Shown here: one piece after another, positions 20,062 to 28,254 of the stretch | How the letters are laid out: each line of letters begins with the position of its first letter | How positions within the stretch are numbered: the first letter of the stretch is position 1 | From: Alphaproteobacteria bacterium | Lineage (GTDB): Bacteria; Pseudomonadota; Alphaproteobacteria; GCA-2731375 | DNA: 64,000 nucleotides | Reading direction: 5' to 3' | NCBI GenBank assembly: GCA_965232515.1 | Contig: CBDDPY010000002.1 | Span: forward strand, 3,968,001 to 4,032,000 | Made by a program: the position numbers and the translations under genes | The notes under the pieces: generated by a model | Told to the model about the DNA's origin: nothing | Seen by the model: only the letters and a program-made list of their open reading frames with translations | The model's database searches: none

Positions 20062-20553
20062 ATGCCCGACCCGATAATCCGCCCGGCCCGCCCCGAGGAC
20101 GCCGACGAAATCGTCCGCCTGGTCCACGCGCTCGCCGAATACGAAAACGAGCCGGCCGACATCGTGAAGCTGACGGCCGACATGGTTCGCCGCGACGCCT
20201 TCGGCGACCGCCCGCGTTTCGAGGCGCTTTTGGCCGAGCATGACGGCGCGGTCGTGGGCCTCGCCCTCTTCTACGAGAACTACTCGACCTGGCAGTCCCG
20301 GCCGGGCCTGTTCCTGGAAGACCTGTTCGTCGAGGAACGCGTGCGCGGGCTCGGCCTCGGCCACAAGCTCATGGCCGCGCTCGCCGCCGTCGCTGTCGAA
20401 CGCGGCTACGGCCGCATCGACCTCGGCGTGCTGCACTGGAACCCGACCCGCGACTTCTACCACCGCCTCGGCTTCCACCACATCGACCAATGGCTCCCCT
20501 ACCGCCTCGAAGGCCCTGCCATCGCCGACCTGGCGAACGAGGCGGAAACTTAG
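20062..20553 (+). CDS. GNAT N-acetyltransferase (SSAT-like)
   Basis: YSTWQSRPGLFLEDLFV..RGLGLG, VLHWN..FY. Confidence 0.92.
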   Translation: MPDPIIRPARPEDADEIVRLVHALAEYENEPADIVKLTADMVRRDAFGDRPRFEALLAEHDGAVVGLALFYENYSTWQSRPGLFLEDLFVEERVRGLGLGHKLMAALAAVAVERGYGRIDLGVLHWNPTRDFYHRLGFHHIDQWLPYRLEGPAIADLANEAET

Positions 20554-20576
20554 GAAAGCACGCCGCCGCCATTATC

Positions 20577-20646
20577 CGTCATCCTGGCGAAGGCCAGGAT
20601 CCACCTGCAGAATCAGCCGTGGATGCCGGCCTTCGCCGGCATGACG
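20577..20646. repeat. CGTC-tagged REP doublet, left of GIY-YIG gene
   Basis: CGTC-ATCCTGGC GAAG GCCAGGAT-CCA...TGG-ATGCCGGC CTTC GCCGGCAT-GACG. Confidence 0.9.
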
Positions 20647-20674
20647 AACAGGGGTCGATTCACTAGAGTTCGAT

Positions 20675-20968
20675 ATGTACGAGCCTGGCTACGTCTACAT
20701 CATGACGAACCGCCGCAATGGCACGCTCTACATTGGCGTAACGTCCGATTTGGTAAGGCGCGCCTACGAACACCGTACCGGTACCGTTCCCGGCTTCACC
20801 AAACGCTATAGCCTGAAGAAACTCGTCTACTACGAAGTGCACGGCGACATCGAAGCCGCGATCGCACGGGAAAAAGCCATGAAAAACTGGCGGCGCGCTT
20901 GGAAGCTCAAACGCATCATTGAGATGAACCCGGGCTGGCGAGATCTGTTCGACGACATCGCCTCCTAG
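20675..20968 (+). CDS. Stand-alone GIY-YIG nuclease
   Basis: GYVYIM...LYIGVT..L.RR..EH, AIAREK.MKNWRRAWK..IE.NP.W.DL. Confidence 0.93.
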   Translation: MYEPGYVYIMTNRRNGTLYIGVTSDLVRRAYEHRTGTVPGFTKRYSLKKLVYYEVHGDIEAAIAREKAMKNWRRAWKLKRIIEMNPGWRDLFDDIAS

Positions 20969-21010
20969 TTCAAGGCGGTGTTACGAGCCCAACTTCAAAA
21001 ACACCAAGTC

Positions 21011-21079
21011 CGTCACCCCGGCGAAGGCCGGGGTCCACCTGCGACTGCTGTATGGATGCCGGCCTACGCCGGCATGACG
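21011..21079. repeat. CGTC-tagged REP doublet, right of GIY-YIG gene
   Basis: CGTC-ACCCCGGC GAAG GCCGGGGT-CCA...TGG-ATGCCGGC CTAC GCCGGCAT-GACG. Confidence 0.9.
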
Positions 21080-21186
21080 ACGAGAAAGCTGTAACCGTTA
21101 GTGTCGTCCTGGCAAAGGCCGAAATCCAATCGCAGCATTAGCCATGGAAGCCAGCCTTCGCCGAGTTGACGACGTCCGGACTGCCC

Positions 21187-22263
21187 TCACTCCGCCGCGG
21201 CGATGGTCTCCTCGACCCGGCGCTTGGCATCGAACTCCTCGGCGACCTGCTGGTCCTGGTCGAGCAGCGCACCAATGTCGATGTTGGGATCGGTGAATTC
21301 GAGCACGCCCATCTTCACATAAGCGTCCTGCACCTTCTCGCTCCACAGCCCGATGTCGCGCACGACGGGCACGATGCGCGAGAACAGGCGCGAGCGGAAC
21401 AGCCGCATGGCCTCCGACTTCTCGACCCACTCGATGCATTCCTTCTCCGGCAGGCCCAGCACGCCCCAGAGCTCGGCCGAGGTAAAGCGGTCGCGCATGT
21501 GCAGGCTGGCCTCGATCACGAACTCCTCGCGCTCGGCCCGCTCGGCCTCAGTCAGCTCGGGGTAGTATTCGCGCAGCGCCAGCCGGCCGAAGGCGACATG
21601 CCGAGCCTCGTCCTGCATGACATAGGCGTTCACCGAGGCGGCGAGCGGGTTCTGGCTCATGTCGCGAATAGCGTGGAAGGCGGCCAGCGCCAGGCCCTCG
21701 ATCAGCACCTGCATGCCGAGATAGGTGAAGTCCCAGCGCTTGTCGTGGACGATGTCCTCCAACAGCGCCTGCAACGGCCCGGTGATGGGATAGGCCAGCT
21801 CGAACTTCTCGTGCAGCAGCCGGGAATAGGCCTCGACATGCCGGGCCTCGTCTATCACTTGCGTCGCCGCGTAGAACTTGGCGTTGATGTCGGGCACCTG
21901 CTCGACGATCTTGGCGGTGCAGATCAGCGCGCCCTGCTCGCCGTGCAGGAACTGCGAGATCTGCCAGGCCTGGGCATGGTGGCGCAGCTTGACCTTCTCC
22001 TTGTCGGTCAGCTTGTCCCAATAGGGCGAGCCGTAGATGCGGATCATCTCGTCCGGCATCATCATCGGGTTCTCGGGGTCCAGGTCCTGCGACCAGTCGA
22101 TGCGGTCTGCCGCGTCCCACTGCTGCTTCTTGCCCTTGTCGTAGAGCTTCAGCAGGCTGTCGCTGGCGTCCTCGTACTCCCAGGTGAACCGCACCTCGTT
22201 CTCGCCGTCGAGCTTCCACTCGGTCTGCTCGACCGGCAACGTATACCGATGCACTGATGCCAT
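21187..22263 (-). CDS. Ferritin-like diiron oxygenase (AurF/CmlI-like fold)
   Basis: HGEQGAL, DEARH twice, IEGLAL: two E...ExxH diiron motif sets. Confidence 0.85.
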   Translation of the reverse strand: MASVHRYTLPVEQTEWKLDGENEVRFTWEYEDASDSLLKLYDKGKKQQWDAADRIDWSQDLDPENPMMMPDEMIRIYGSPYWDKLTDKEKVKLRHHAQAWQISQFLHGEQGALICTAKIVEQVPDINAKFYAATQVIDEARHVEAYSRLLHEKFELAYPITGPLQALLEDIVHDKRWDFTYLGMQVLIEGLALAAFHAIRDMSQNPLAASVNAYVMQDEARHVAFGRLALREYYPELTEAERAEREEFVIEASLHMRDRFTSAELWGVLGLPEKECIEWVEKSEAMRLFRSRLFSRIVPVVRDIGLWSEKVQDAYVKMGVLEFTDPNIDIGALLDQDQQVAEEFDAKRRVEETIAAAE

Positions 22264-22376
22264 TCCCAAATCTCCCCGGCGTTGTGGCCCTCTAGCGTTT
22301 TCGCCTTGCGTGGTTTGATGTCCGTGTTTGATGTCTGCGGCGCCTGTTCCTCCCCTTGACATGCCCAGGCACCTTA

Positions 22377-22404
22377 AAACAGAATTAGAATTCTAGTTCT
22401 GTTT
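22377..22404. promoter_or_regulatory. 28-bp palindromic operator between diiron gene and TetR
   Basis: AAACAGAATTAGAA|TTCTAGTTCTGTTT (1 mismatch), flanked by TTGACA (+) and TTGACT (-). Confidence 0.8.
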
Positions 22405-22430
22405 AGAGTCAAGCGGCAAGATCGGTCACA

Positions 22431-23084
22431 ATGTCGTCAGTCACGGATATCGCGCGCACGCCGCGCCGCCGACCGGCGCCCGCCAAGCAGCAGCGCGGCC
22501 AACGCACCCGCGGCCTGCTGCTGGATGTGGGCAAGCGGCTGATCGAGGACCGCGACTACGATCAGTTCGGCGTCGCCGACATCGTCGCCGCCGCCGGCTC
22601 GTCGACCGGCGCCTTCTATCACCACTTCACCGACAAGGAGGCCTATCTCGACGCCGTCGTCGATGCTGTGATCGAGCGGCTCTGGCAGCGCTTCGAGGCC
22701 GAGTTCAGCGCCGAGGTTCTGGCGCCGCTGCCGACCGCGGCGCTGCTCGGACGCGCGGTTCTGTTCATCCGGGGGATCATGCGCGACAACCAGGGCCTGA
22801 TCCGCACCACGTTCCGCAAGTCGCTGGACGATCCCGAGGCCTGGGCCCCGGTGCGCGCCTTCGGCCGGGCTTACCAGGCCCGCATCGCCGAGCTGCTGGC
22901 CTCGCGTGCCGGCGATCTCGGCCGCGACGACTGGCAGGACGGCTTCCGCTTCGGCATGCAGATGATCTACGCCACGCTGTTCAACGCCATCGTCAACCGC
23001 CCGGGCCCGCTCGCCATCGAAGACCAGGCGATGGTCGACGAGCTGACCCGCATGCTCACCGGCTATCTCCAGGTACGCGGCTAG
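22431..23084 (+). CDS. TetR family regulator
   Basis: QQRGQRTR..., VADIVAAAGSSTGAFYHHFTDKE. Confidence 0.93.
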   Translation: MSSVTDIARTPRRRPAPAKQQRGQRTRGLLLDVGKRLIEDRDYDQFGVADIVAAAGSSTGAFYHHFTDKEAYLDAVVDAVIERLWQRFEAEFSAEVLAPLPTAALLGRAVLFIRGIMRDNQGLIRTTFRKSLDDPEAWAPVRAFGRAYQARIAELLASRAGDLGRDDWQDGFRFGMQMIYATLFNAIVNRPGPLAIEDQAMVDELTRMLTGYLQVRG

Positions 23085-23120
23085 CCCGACATCCGCCGAC
23101 ACGTGCTAACATCGCCGTGC

Positions 23121-23741
23121 ATGGCGATCCCAGCAACGAACAGCAAATGGCGCGCGCCTGGCATCGCGCTTATTGGGGCCGCCGTCCTGGCCGCGACCGC
23201 GCCGGCGGCGGCGAACAACCGGCAACACGCGGCCGACGCGGAGTACGCCGTGCTGGGTTTTACCCCCGGCGAACGCCTGCACGACCTGAGCTTCCGCGAT
23301 CCCGCCGGCCGGCCGATGCACCTCTGGCGTCTGCGCGGCCACATCGTCGTCGTGCATCTCTGGGCCTCGGCCTGCGATCCCTGTCGCCGCGCCTGGCCGC
23401 ACCTGCAACGGCTCTACGACGACCTGCGTGACGAACCCGACGTCGCCTTCGTCGTCCTCAACAGCGACGAGGACCACGACGTCGGCGCGCGCTGGGCGCG
23501 GGCACGCGGCTATACCGTGCCGCTCTCGAACGCGCACCGCTACACGCTCACCGATCTGCCGCGCACCTTCCTGCTCGACCGCAACGGCATCATCGCCGCC
23601 CACCGCCACGCCAACGACGGCCAACCGCCGATCAACGCCCAACAAGTCCGCGACCTGATCCGCACCGCCCCGCCCGTCGCCACGACCGCGCCCGCCAGCC
23701 TGCACGAGTTGATCAGCATCTTCGTCCGCGAAAACGAATAG
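23121..23741 (+). CDS. TlpA/ResA-like thioredoxin-fold protein
   Basis: Signal/TM N-terminus, LWASACDPC (CxxC), LPRTFLLDRNG. Confidence 0.8.
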   Translation: MAIPATNSKWRAPGIALIGAAVLAATAPAAANNRQHAADAEYAVLGFTPGERLHDLSFRDPAGRPMHLWRLRGHIVVVHLWASACDPCRRAWPHLQRLYDDLRDEPDVAFVVLNSDEDHDVGARWARARGYTVPLSNAHRYTLTDLPRTFLLDRNGIIAAHRHANDGQPPINAQQVRDLIRTAPPVATTAPASLHELISIFVRENE

Positions 23742-23766
23742 CGCGCCGGGTGAACGCACCGTTATC

Positions 23767-23863
23767 ACCACAGAGAGCACAGAGGACACAGGACACCGAG
23801 TAGTTTTTTCGGGCGCGAAACGCCCAGATCCACTTGCTCTGTGTGCTCTGTGCCCTCTGTGGT
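23767..23863. repeat. ACCACAGAG-type inverted-repeat element, copy 1
   Basis: ACCACAGAGAGCACAGAGGACACAG ... CTGTGTGCTCTGTGCCCTCTGTGGT (23/25 complementary). Confidence 0.85.
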
Positions 23864-23878
23864 TCATCAAGCAGCTGG

Positions 23879-24811
23879 TCAGGTTCGACCCTCGGCCCGC
23901 ATCCAGTCGAGATAGCGCGCAATGCCTTCATGCAGGCTCACCTCGGGCCGCCAACCCAGATCCCGTTCGGCCGCCGAGATGTCGAGCGGCCCGCGCGTCT
24001 GATCTCCAGGATCGGCACCTTCGCCCAGCCGGATGTCGGCCGCCGGCAGCAGCTTGCGCACGACCTCGGCGACGGCGTCGAGCGGCAGCCATTCGTCCCC
24101 GGCAATGTTGTAGGCGGCGTCCGGCTGACGGATCGCGTCCGCCGGCGCATCGAGCGCCGCCGTGACGGCGGCGACCGCATCGTCGACGTAGAGCCAGGGC
24201 CGGTAATGCCCGATGCCGTGGTCATAGACCGTCGGCCGACCGGCCAGCGCGTCGGCCAAAAACGCGCGGATCTGCGAGAACGTCGTACGCCGCGGCCCAT
24301 AGACCGCGCCGACCCTGAGCGCCACCGCATCGACGCCCCAATCGGCCCGATAGCTGCGCATCACCGCTTCGCCCGCGACCTTGCTGGCGCCATAGGCCTC
24401 CGTCGCCCGCAGCGCCGTGGCCTCGTCGATCATCCCCGGCGGCACATCGCCATAGGCGACGTTCGACGACATGAACACCACGCGCTCCAGCCCGAACCGC
24501 CGCGCGGCCTCGAACACGTTCACCGTGCCGCCGATATTGATCTCGAACACCTTGCCCGGATCGTCCGGCAACACCATCGGCCCAGAGATCCCGCCGCAAT
24601 GCACGATCCGCCGCGCCTCGTGCTCGCTCACCGCCCAGCTTAAGCGCTCGGCATCCCGCACATCCCCTGTCACCAACGGCCATTCCGGCGCGCCCTCGGC
24701 CGGCGGCGCAAGGTCATACCCCACAACCCGCCGCCCCTGGCCCCACAACCGCGCCGCCAACGCCCACCCGATCAACCCGCCGCAACCGGTGATGAGGACG
24801 GTGTCGGTCAT
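23879..24811 (-). CDS. NAD-dependent epimerase/dehydratase
   Basis: TGCGGLIG, YGASK, VYGP. Confidence 0.92.
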   Translation of the reverse strand: MTDTVLITGCGGLIGWALAARLWGQGRRVVGYDLAPPAEGAPEWPLVTGDVRDAERLSWAVSEHEARRIVHCGGISGPMVLPDDPGKVFEINIGGTVNVFEAARRFGLERVVFMSSNVAYGDVPPGMIDEATALRATEAYGASKVAGEAVMRSYRADWGVDAVALRVGAVYGPRRTTFSQIRAFLADALAGRPTVYDHGIGHYRPWLYVDDAVAAVTAALDAPADAIRQPDAAYNIAGDEWLPLDAVAEVVRKLLPAADIRLGEGADPGDQTRGPLDISAAERDLGWRPEVSLHEGIARYLDWMRAEGRT

Positions 24812-24838
24812 GGCGCGCGACTCGGCTGCCTCTCAACG

Positions 24839-24869
24839 CGTCATCGCCGGATCAAGTCCGGCAATGACG
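24839..24869. repeat. Single CGTC-type REP hairpin
   Basis: CGTCATCGCCGGA-TCAAG-TCCGGCAATGACG. Confidence 0.75.
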
Positions 24870-24900
24870 AGGTGGGACAATGGCGTCGCGGGCACGGACC

Positions 24901-26094
24901 CTAAGAAGCTAAAGGCAAACAGCTCGGCCCGATCGGCTCGAAGCTCTTGTAGGTCAGGATGAATTCCTGGTGGCCGAGGGCCTCCGAGCAGGTCTGCTGG
25001 CCGCGGCCGACGGCCTGGATCAGGTCGTAGATCTCGCGGCCGACGTCGTCGAGATTGGCCTTGCCATCCAAAATCCGGCCGGCGTCGACGTCCATGTCGT
25101 CGGCCATGCGCTTATAGGTATCGGGGTTGGCGCAGACCTTGATCACCGGCGAGATCGCCGAGCCGACGACCGAGCCGCGCCCGGTGGAGAACAGCACCAC
25201 CTGCGCGCCGCAGGCGATCAGCTCGGCCACCTCCTGGTTGTCGTTCATGCTGGGATAGCCGAAGCGTGGCTCACCGTCCGGCACCATGTCCAGGAGGTAC
25301 AGCCCGCCCGCCGGCGGCCGGTCGCCCGGCTTCAGCAGGCCGGAGATCGGCGACGCCCCGCTCTTGGCATAGGCCCCCATCGACTTCTCCTCGATGGTCG
25401 TCAAGCCGCCGTCGGCGTTGCCGGGCGAGATGCTGGCATGGCCCATGGTCTGGTAGTAGTCGCCGGCCTTGCCGACGCAGCGGATGATCTCGTCGGCGAG
25501 GTCCGGCGTCACCGCCCGGTCGGCCATGTAATGCTCGCAGCCGATCAGCTCGCCGGTTTCCTCGAAGATGCCGGCGCCGCCGTCCGCGATCAGGAAATCG
25601 AAGGCGCGGCCCATGGCCGGATTTGCCGTCAGGCCGCTGGTTGCGTCCGAGCCGCCGCAGATCGTGCCGACCACCAGCTCGTCGACGCCGACATCGACCT
25701 CAGGCGTGTCGCGCAGGTCCTTGAGCGTCGCTTCGATCCAGGCCTGGCCCTCGGCGATCGCCTTGGCCGTGCCGCCGACCTCCTGGATCACGGCCAGATG
25801 CGCCGGACGGTCCGAGGCCTGCACGTGCGCCAGCAGCCCTGATTTGTCGAAGCTCTCGCAGCCCAGGCTCACCAGCATGGCGCCGCCCACGTTCGGGTGG
25901 GTGCAGAGCCGGCGCATCATGTCGTCGGCATAGTCGTTCGGGAAGCAGCCGGGAAAGCCGATCACATGCACGCCGTCACGCCGGAACGGCAGGGCGATCT
26001 CGCGCGCCACGTGATGCGCGCACTCCACCAGATAGGCGACGACGATGACGTTGCGGATGCCCTTGCGACCGTCCGATCTCAGATACCCGCGCAT
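24901..26094 (-). CDS. UxaA/GarD/SuyB family dehydratase, large subunit
   Basis: GYLRSDGRKGIRN, HPNVGG, SLGCE, CGGSD, GGLTTIEEKS, FSTGRG. Confidence 0.92.
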   Translation of the reverse strand: MRGYLRSDGRKGIRNVIVVAYLVECAHHVAREIALPFRRDGVHVIGFPGCFPNDYADDMMRRLCTHPNVGGAMLVSLGCESFDKSGLLAHVQASDRPAHLAVIQEVGGTAKAIAEGQAWIEATLKDLRDTPEVDVGVDELVVGTICGGSDATSGLTANPAMGRAFDFLIADGGAGIFEETGELIGCEHYMADRAVTPDLADEIIRCVGKAGDYYQTMGHASISPGNADGGLTTIEEKSMGAYAKSGASPISGLLKPGDRPPAGGLYLLDMVPDGEPRFGYPSMNDNQEVAELIACGAQVVLFSTGRGSVVGSAISPVIKVCANPDTYKRMADDMDVDAGRILDGKANLDDVGREIYDLIQAVGRGQQTCSEALGHQEFILTYKSFEPIGPSCLPLAS

Positions 26095-26420
26095 CAGCCC
26101 GCCTCCCGTCGCTTCAGATAGGCATTCTCGCCATCGATGGTGTAAGTCGGGATGTAGTCGCTCTGCATGTTGTGGATGTGCACGTAGTCGCCGACCGCGA
26201 TGTCGCGCGTCGCCGAGCCCACCGGCGCGCCGTATTTCAAGACCTTCTCACCGGTCGCGATCGGCCGCACCGCGATCTTGTGGCCATAGCCCGCGTGCAT
26301 GCCGAGCGCATACTCGGCATCGCCGATCCGCAACGCCTCGCCGGCCCGCACATTGGCGCGCAGCACGGCGATGTTGTCCTCCGGCGATATCAGCAACAGC
26401 CGCGGATCCAAGTCATCCAT
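26094..26420 (-). CDS. UxaA family SAF-domain small subunit
   Basis: DNIAV, GHKIA, KYG.PVG.A..DI..G.YVHIHN; coupled to the large subunit. Confidence 0.9.
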   Translation of the reverse strand: MDDLDPRLLLISPEDNIAVLRANVRAGEALRIGDAEYALGMHAGYGHKIAVRPIATGEKVLKYGAPVGSATRDIAVGDYVHIHNMQSDYIPTYTIDGENAYLKRREAG

Positions 26421-26509
26421 GGCATCCTCCTCCCAACGCCAGCTTAGCACTTCGCGCATCCGCGGAATATGATGCCGACGTCGGGGGAGGGCTGCACGTC
26501 AGATGGTTC

Positions 26510-26618
26510 ACCACAGAGACACAGAGATACCGGAAAGGCCGCGACCGCCGAGACAGATGCGGCCTTCGCTTGAGAAAAAATCGTTTTCCCTTCTCTGTGT
26601 CCTCTGTGTCTCTGTGGT
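26510..26618. repeat. ACCACAGAG-type inverted-repeat element, copy 2
   Basis: ACCACAGAGACACAGAG ... CTCTGTGTCTCTGTGGT, a perfect 17-bp IR. Confidence 0.85.
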
Positions 26619-26645
26619 TAGTCCAACTTCAGTGTTGGTATAGGT

Positions 26646-27662
26646 TTGACAGACACAAACGATAACTTGCCGGAAGTCCTGCGAAAGGCGCTGCTAAACC
26701 GGTTCGGCAGCGATATCGAGGTCGCCGATCTGCGCAAGCTGTCGGGCGGGGCCAGCCGCGAAACCTGGGCCTTCGATGCCATCGACGCCGCCGGCGGGCG
26801 CCACCCGCTGATCCTGAAGCGCGACCCCGTCGGCGCCCACGTCGAAGACGCCGCCGGCGTTGACGCCGAACTCGGCGTCGACCGCCTGACCGAGGGCCGC
26901 CTGTTCGCCGCCGCCAACGCGGCCGGCGTGCCCGCACCCGCGGTGCACGCCCTCCTGCCCGCCGACGCCAACACCAGCGCCGGCTTCGTCATGGACCGGA
27001 TCGACGGCCTCGTGCTCGGCCGCCACGTTCTGCGCGACCCCGCGCTCGCGGACGCCCGACCGCGCCTCGCCCGCCAGTGCGGCGAGATCCTGGCCCACCT
27101 GCATGCGATGCCGGCCGACACCCTGCCGCCGCTGAAGACGCTCGACCCCAGCGACCTGCTGCAAGTCTACCGCGACCTGCTCGACCGCATCGGCCATCCC
27201 TATCCCGGCTTCGAATACGGCCTCTGCTGGCTCGACGAGCGCCGCGAATTCTGGAGCGGCCGGCGCACGCCGGTGCACGGCGACTTCCGCATCGGCAATC
27301 TGGTCATCGGCCCGGACGGCGTCCGCGCCGTGCTGGACTGGGAGCTCGCCCATCTCGGCGATCCGCTGTTCGATCTCGGCTGGCTCTGCATCCCCGCCTG
27401 GCGCTATGGCGAAATCGACAAGCCGGTCGGCGGCGTCGGCGACCGCGCGGACCTGCTCGCCGGCTACGCCGCGGCCGGCGGCGGTCAGGTCAGCCTCGAG
27501 GCCCTGCACTACTGGGAAGCCTTCGGCTGCCTGCGCTGGGGCATGCTGTGCCTGATCATGGGTTTCGCGCATCTCGACGGCCGGCAACGCTCCATCGAAT
27601 ACGCCGCCATCGGCCGCCGCACGGCCGAGACCGAGCATGACCTTCTGGCGCTGATCGACTGA
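26646..27662 (+). CDS. APH-family phosphotransferase (LvaA/ACAD10-11 kinase-like)
   Basis: LSGGASRETW, VHGDFRIGN, VLDWELAHLGDP; TTG start. Confidence 0.9.
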   Translation: MTDTNDNLPEVLRKALLNRFGSDIEVADLRKLSGGASRETWAFDAIDAAGGRHPLILKRDPVGAHVEDAAGVDAELGVDRLTEGRLFAAANAAGVPAPAVHALLPADANTSAGFVMDRIDGLVLGRHVLRDPALADARPRLARQCGEILAHLHAMPADTLPPLKTLDPSDLLQVYRDLLDRIGHPYPGFEYGLCWLDERREFWSGRRTPVHGDFRIGNLVIGPDGVRAVLDWELAHLGDPLFDLGWLCIPAWRYGEIDKPVGGVGDRADLLAGYAAAGGGQVSLEALHYWEAFGCLRWGMLCLIMGFAHLDGRQRSIEYAAIGRRTAETEHDLLALID

Positions 27663-28042
27663 TGCCGCAGGACCGCCCCACCGCCGCCGAGCTGGTCGAG
27701 GCCGTGATCGACTTCCTCGCCGACGAGAACGCGTCGAACGACACCGAGCAGGCCACCTTCCACCGCCGCGTCGCCCGCAACGCCCTCGCCATCGCATTGC
27801 GCGACCTGCACGATGGCCTGGCGCTCGCCACCGCCGAACGCGACCGTCTCATCGACCTGCTCGGCCAGGACGGTGACCTCGCCAGCCTCAACGCCGAGCT
27901 CGCCCGCCGCATCCGCAGCGGCGACCCCAATCTCGACCGCCCGCGCCTGCTCGCCCACCTCCGCGCCACCGCCCGCGACAAGCTCGCCCTCGCCAATCCC
28001 CGCTACGCGACGCAGCAGCCTCGGATAAAAACGAAAAACTGA
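27662..28042 (+). CDS. DUF6285-like (LvaB-like) small protein
   Basis: QDRPTAAELVEAV, RVARNAL.IA.R, KLALANPRY; TGATG-coupled to the kinase. Confidence 0.85.
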   Translation: MPQDRPTAAELVEAVIDFLADENASNDTEQATFHRRVARNALAIALRDLHDGLALATAERDRLIDLLGQDGDLASLNAELARRIRSGDPNLDRPRLLAHLRATARDKLALANPRYATQQPRIKTKN

Positions 28043-28045
28043 TTC

Positions 28046-28162
28046 CACCGCAAAGACACGAAGACACAAAGATGCGGAATCGGTTGCGGCCATCGACGCC
28101 GGTACAGGCACAGCCTGACGAACCAATTTGTTTCTTCTTCGTGTCTTTGCGTCTTTGTGGTG
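28046..28162. repeat. ACCACAGAG-related (CACCRCAAAGAC) inverted-repeat element, copy 3
   Basis: CACCGCAAAGACACGAAGACACAAAG ... CTTCGTGTCTTTGCGTCTTTGTGGTG. Confidence 0.8.
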
Positions 28163-28204
28163 AAAACCTATCGCCCGTCGAACCTGTCCTTACCGTTCAA
28201 GTCT

Positions 28205-28254
28205 TTGACTCCACGGCACCGCGCGCTACGATGGCGGAAGAACAGGAGTGGAAC
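28205..28254 (+). promoter_or_regulatory. Sigma70-like promoter plus alphaproteobacterial LexA (SOS) box
   Basis: TTGACT-N16-TACGAT; GAAC-AGGAGTG-GAAC (28240-28254) spanning the RBS of mmcB. Confidence 0.85.

Noticed and set aside
19933-20183. ORFs or N-terminal extensions starting MGGRVGERDGSS
   Set aside because: They are translations of the 35-bp palindrome; the GNAT start is better placed at 20062
26646-27662. Aminoglycoside resistance gene
   Set aside because: Motifs and coupled small partner match the ACAD10/LvaA-like metabolic kinases
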